Of a DNA stretch of 64,000 nucleotides, positions 62,501-64,000 are shown in pieces. Numbering within the stretch: position 1 is the first letter of the stretch; each line of letters begins with the position of its first letter. The translations under genes and the position numbers were made by a program. The notes under the pieces are model-generated. The model saw nothing but the letters and a program-made list of their open reading frames with translations, ran no database searches and was not told the origin of the DNA. The stretch comes from a virus (taxonomy: Duplodnaviria; Caudoviricetes), in the IMG/VR virus record IMGVR_UViG_3300021400_000154, positions 1 to 64,000 of that record. One strand, 5' to 3'.

Positions 62501-64000
62501 GGGCGCAAGTTGGCGGTACTATTGGAAGTATTTTCGGAAGCACGAATCTTTCTTCTAAAGACTTGGGATACAGAACTGAATACGCACAACTGCTTGCGAT
62601 GGCTAACGGAGTAACAGACTATGACGCATTTAAAAATACAGAAGGATACACGACATTGACGGCTCTCGCGCAAAACGATACTGCTCTGACGACTTTAATG
62701 CAAGATGCTAATACCGGACGAGCTGGCCTTGCTGATATTATTGACTATCTTGAGAAAAAAGTCTATGGCGAAAACTATATACAAACAACAGCGTCTTCAG
62801 GTAGGGCCATATCTGAAAATAGACTTGATATTGCAGCGCTTAAAGATGAAACTAGTCCTTTGCCTGCTTCTGTTGCCAAGCGCGTCGCAAGCGCGATTAA
62901 TCAAAACGAATCGTATGTTTATCAAAATAGACAGGCCGCTGCAGCTATGCTTGAGTAGACTACCGATCAAAACCAACGTGGTCTTGAGACAAAAGCTCGT
63001 GGATGGATAAGCGATCTATATCGGTTTGCGTAGAGAGAAGATATGCTTAAGGACTTAAGAAAGAACTATTAGAAAATGTCTGACGAAGAAATAGCAACGA
63101 TGTATGGGAGCTGGGGCATTACAAACAGATCGATGGCTGCGGCTGTTTCCAATAACAGTAAAGTCCTTAGTTCTGATTAGGAAGCAATGAATTATATCCA
63201 AGCTCTTGCTGCCCAGCTTCCTGGATTTGAATATGATAAGCAAACTGGCGGAATCAAGTTTACAGGTATGGATGTAAAAGGTTATGAAGATGTTTTGTCT
63301 TTTGCTCCCGTTATAACAAATCATGATGTAAGAGACCTTGCTGAGACAATGTTGAATGGTGCGGAAGGGAAAACGTGGAACGATTTTGTTAATAAAGCCA
63401 ATCAAGATATAGCAAGACAGTTAATGCAGCAAAATCCTGAACTGTTCACGTATATGACGATGACTGATGCTCAACGAAGAACAGAGGAAGGACAAGCCGC
63501 ATATTATACTGCAAGACAGCAACTTCTTACGTCTGAACTCCAAACGCTTGAAAAAATCGGGCAAATCCTTCCAGAGGCCACTCAAGTTGCACAACAACTT
63601 TCGAGCGGATCTTATGGAGATCAGATTGCAGGCATTAGTGGTTTTGGGTCTATGGTGCAAAGCTATGGTTAGATAGTTGCTCTTAGGCAGAAAATATCTT
63701 AGATGACAAACTTAAGCGATGAAGAATGGAAATAGCAAGGCGGAGAAGCCTACGTCAACAAGCTAGCCACGATGTTAGGATTGGATCCTTAGCTTTTTGA
63801 CAAGAGTAATGTTGACGAACTGCTTGAGCAGGGCAAAAAGAAAGCAGACAAAATATCTAACGGTTTGCAACAAATTATTGAATCTGTATTCGACATAGAT
63901 TTATCCAACTACGACAATCTGGAAGGCGTTATCGCTAAGCTCGAAGAAAGCGGAGACGCGTTATCAAGCTTTTTTGCCATACTATTAAGATCCCTTTCTG
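50530..64000 (+). CDS. giant protein (>4400 aa, truncated by window): two-barrel RNAP domain + PD-(D/E)xK nuclease domain + coiled coil + tape-measure domain; about 50 in-frame TAG
   Basis: AAAGGAGG RBS; all long ORF fragments from 50707 to 63672 share one frame and are separated only by TAG; GGGDVDGD at 53467-53490; TP901-like TMP block at 59719-60858. Confidence 0.85.

Noticed and set aside
33138-64000. Virion genes as pseudogenes of a decayed prophage
   Set aside because: All interruptions seen are TAG in one continuous frame, with no TAA/TGA or frameshifts, and catalytic motifs are intact.
50530-64000. TAG as pyrrolysine
   Set aside because: No pyl genes or tRNA-Pyl are visible, and the high density and small-polar contexts do not fit.

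Overview
Segment of a large tailed dsDNA phage, probably infecting Bacillota (SPbeta-like gene content). From 1 to about 31.9 kb the genes are on the minus strand and look early/middle: primase-helicase, SSBs, Sak3-like recombinase, two single-subunit two-barrel (YonO/QDE-1-like) RNA polymerases, a glutamine amidotransferase with two amidoligases, RNase H and many small ORFs. Three hammerhead ribozymes and several large structured-RNA candidates are interleaved in this arm. From 32.0 kb the plus strand carries the virion operon: terminase, tRNA-Met, portal, protease/scaffold, capsid, two tail-tube paralogs, a frameshifting tail chaperone, and a >13.4-kb gene that runs off the window. Main results: (1) TAG is a sense codon throughout the virion operon but still ends some minus-strand genes, and two in-window paralog alignments plus many codon contexts point to Ser rather than the Gln known from code-15 phages. 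(2) Read through TAG, the giant gene fuses a third DxDGD RNA polymerase domain and a PD-(D/E)xK nuclease domain to a tape-measure protein, suggesting a virion RNAP delivered with the tape measure. (3) A 27-bp motif repeated four times in the direction of transcription is a candidate promoter for a phage RNAP. All calls are by eye; no searches or computations were run.
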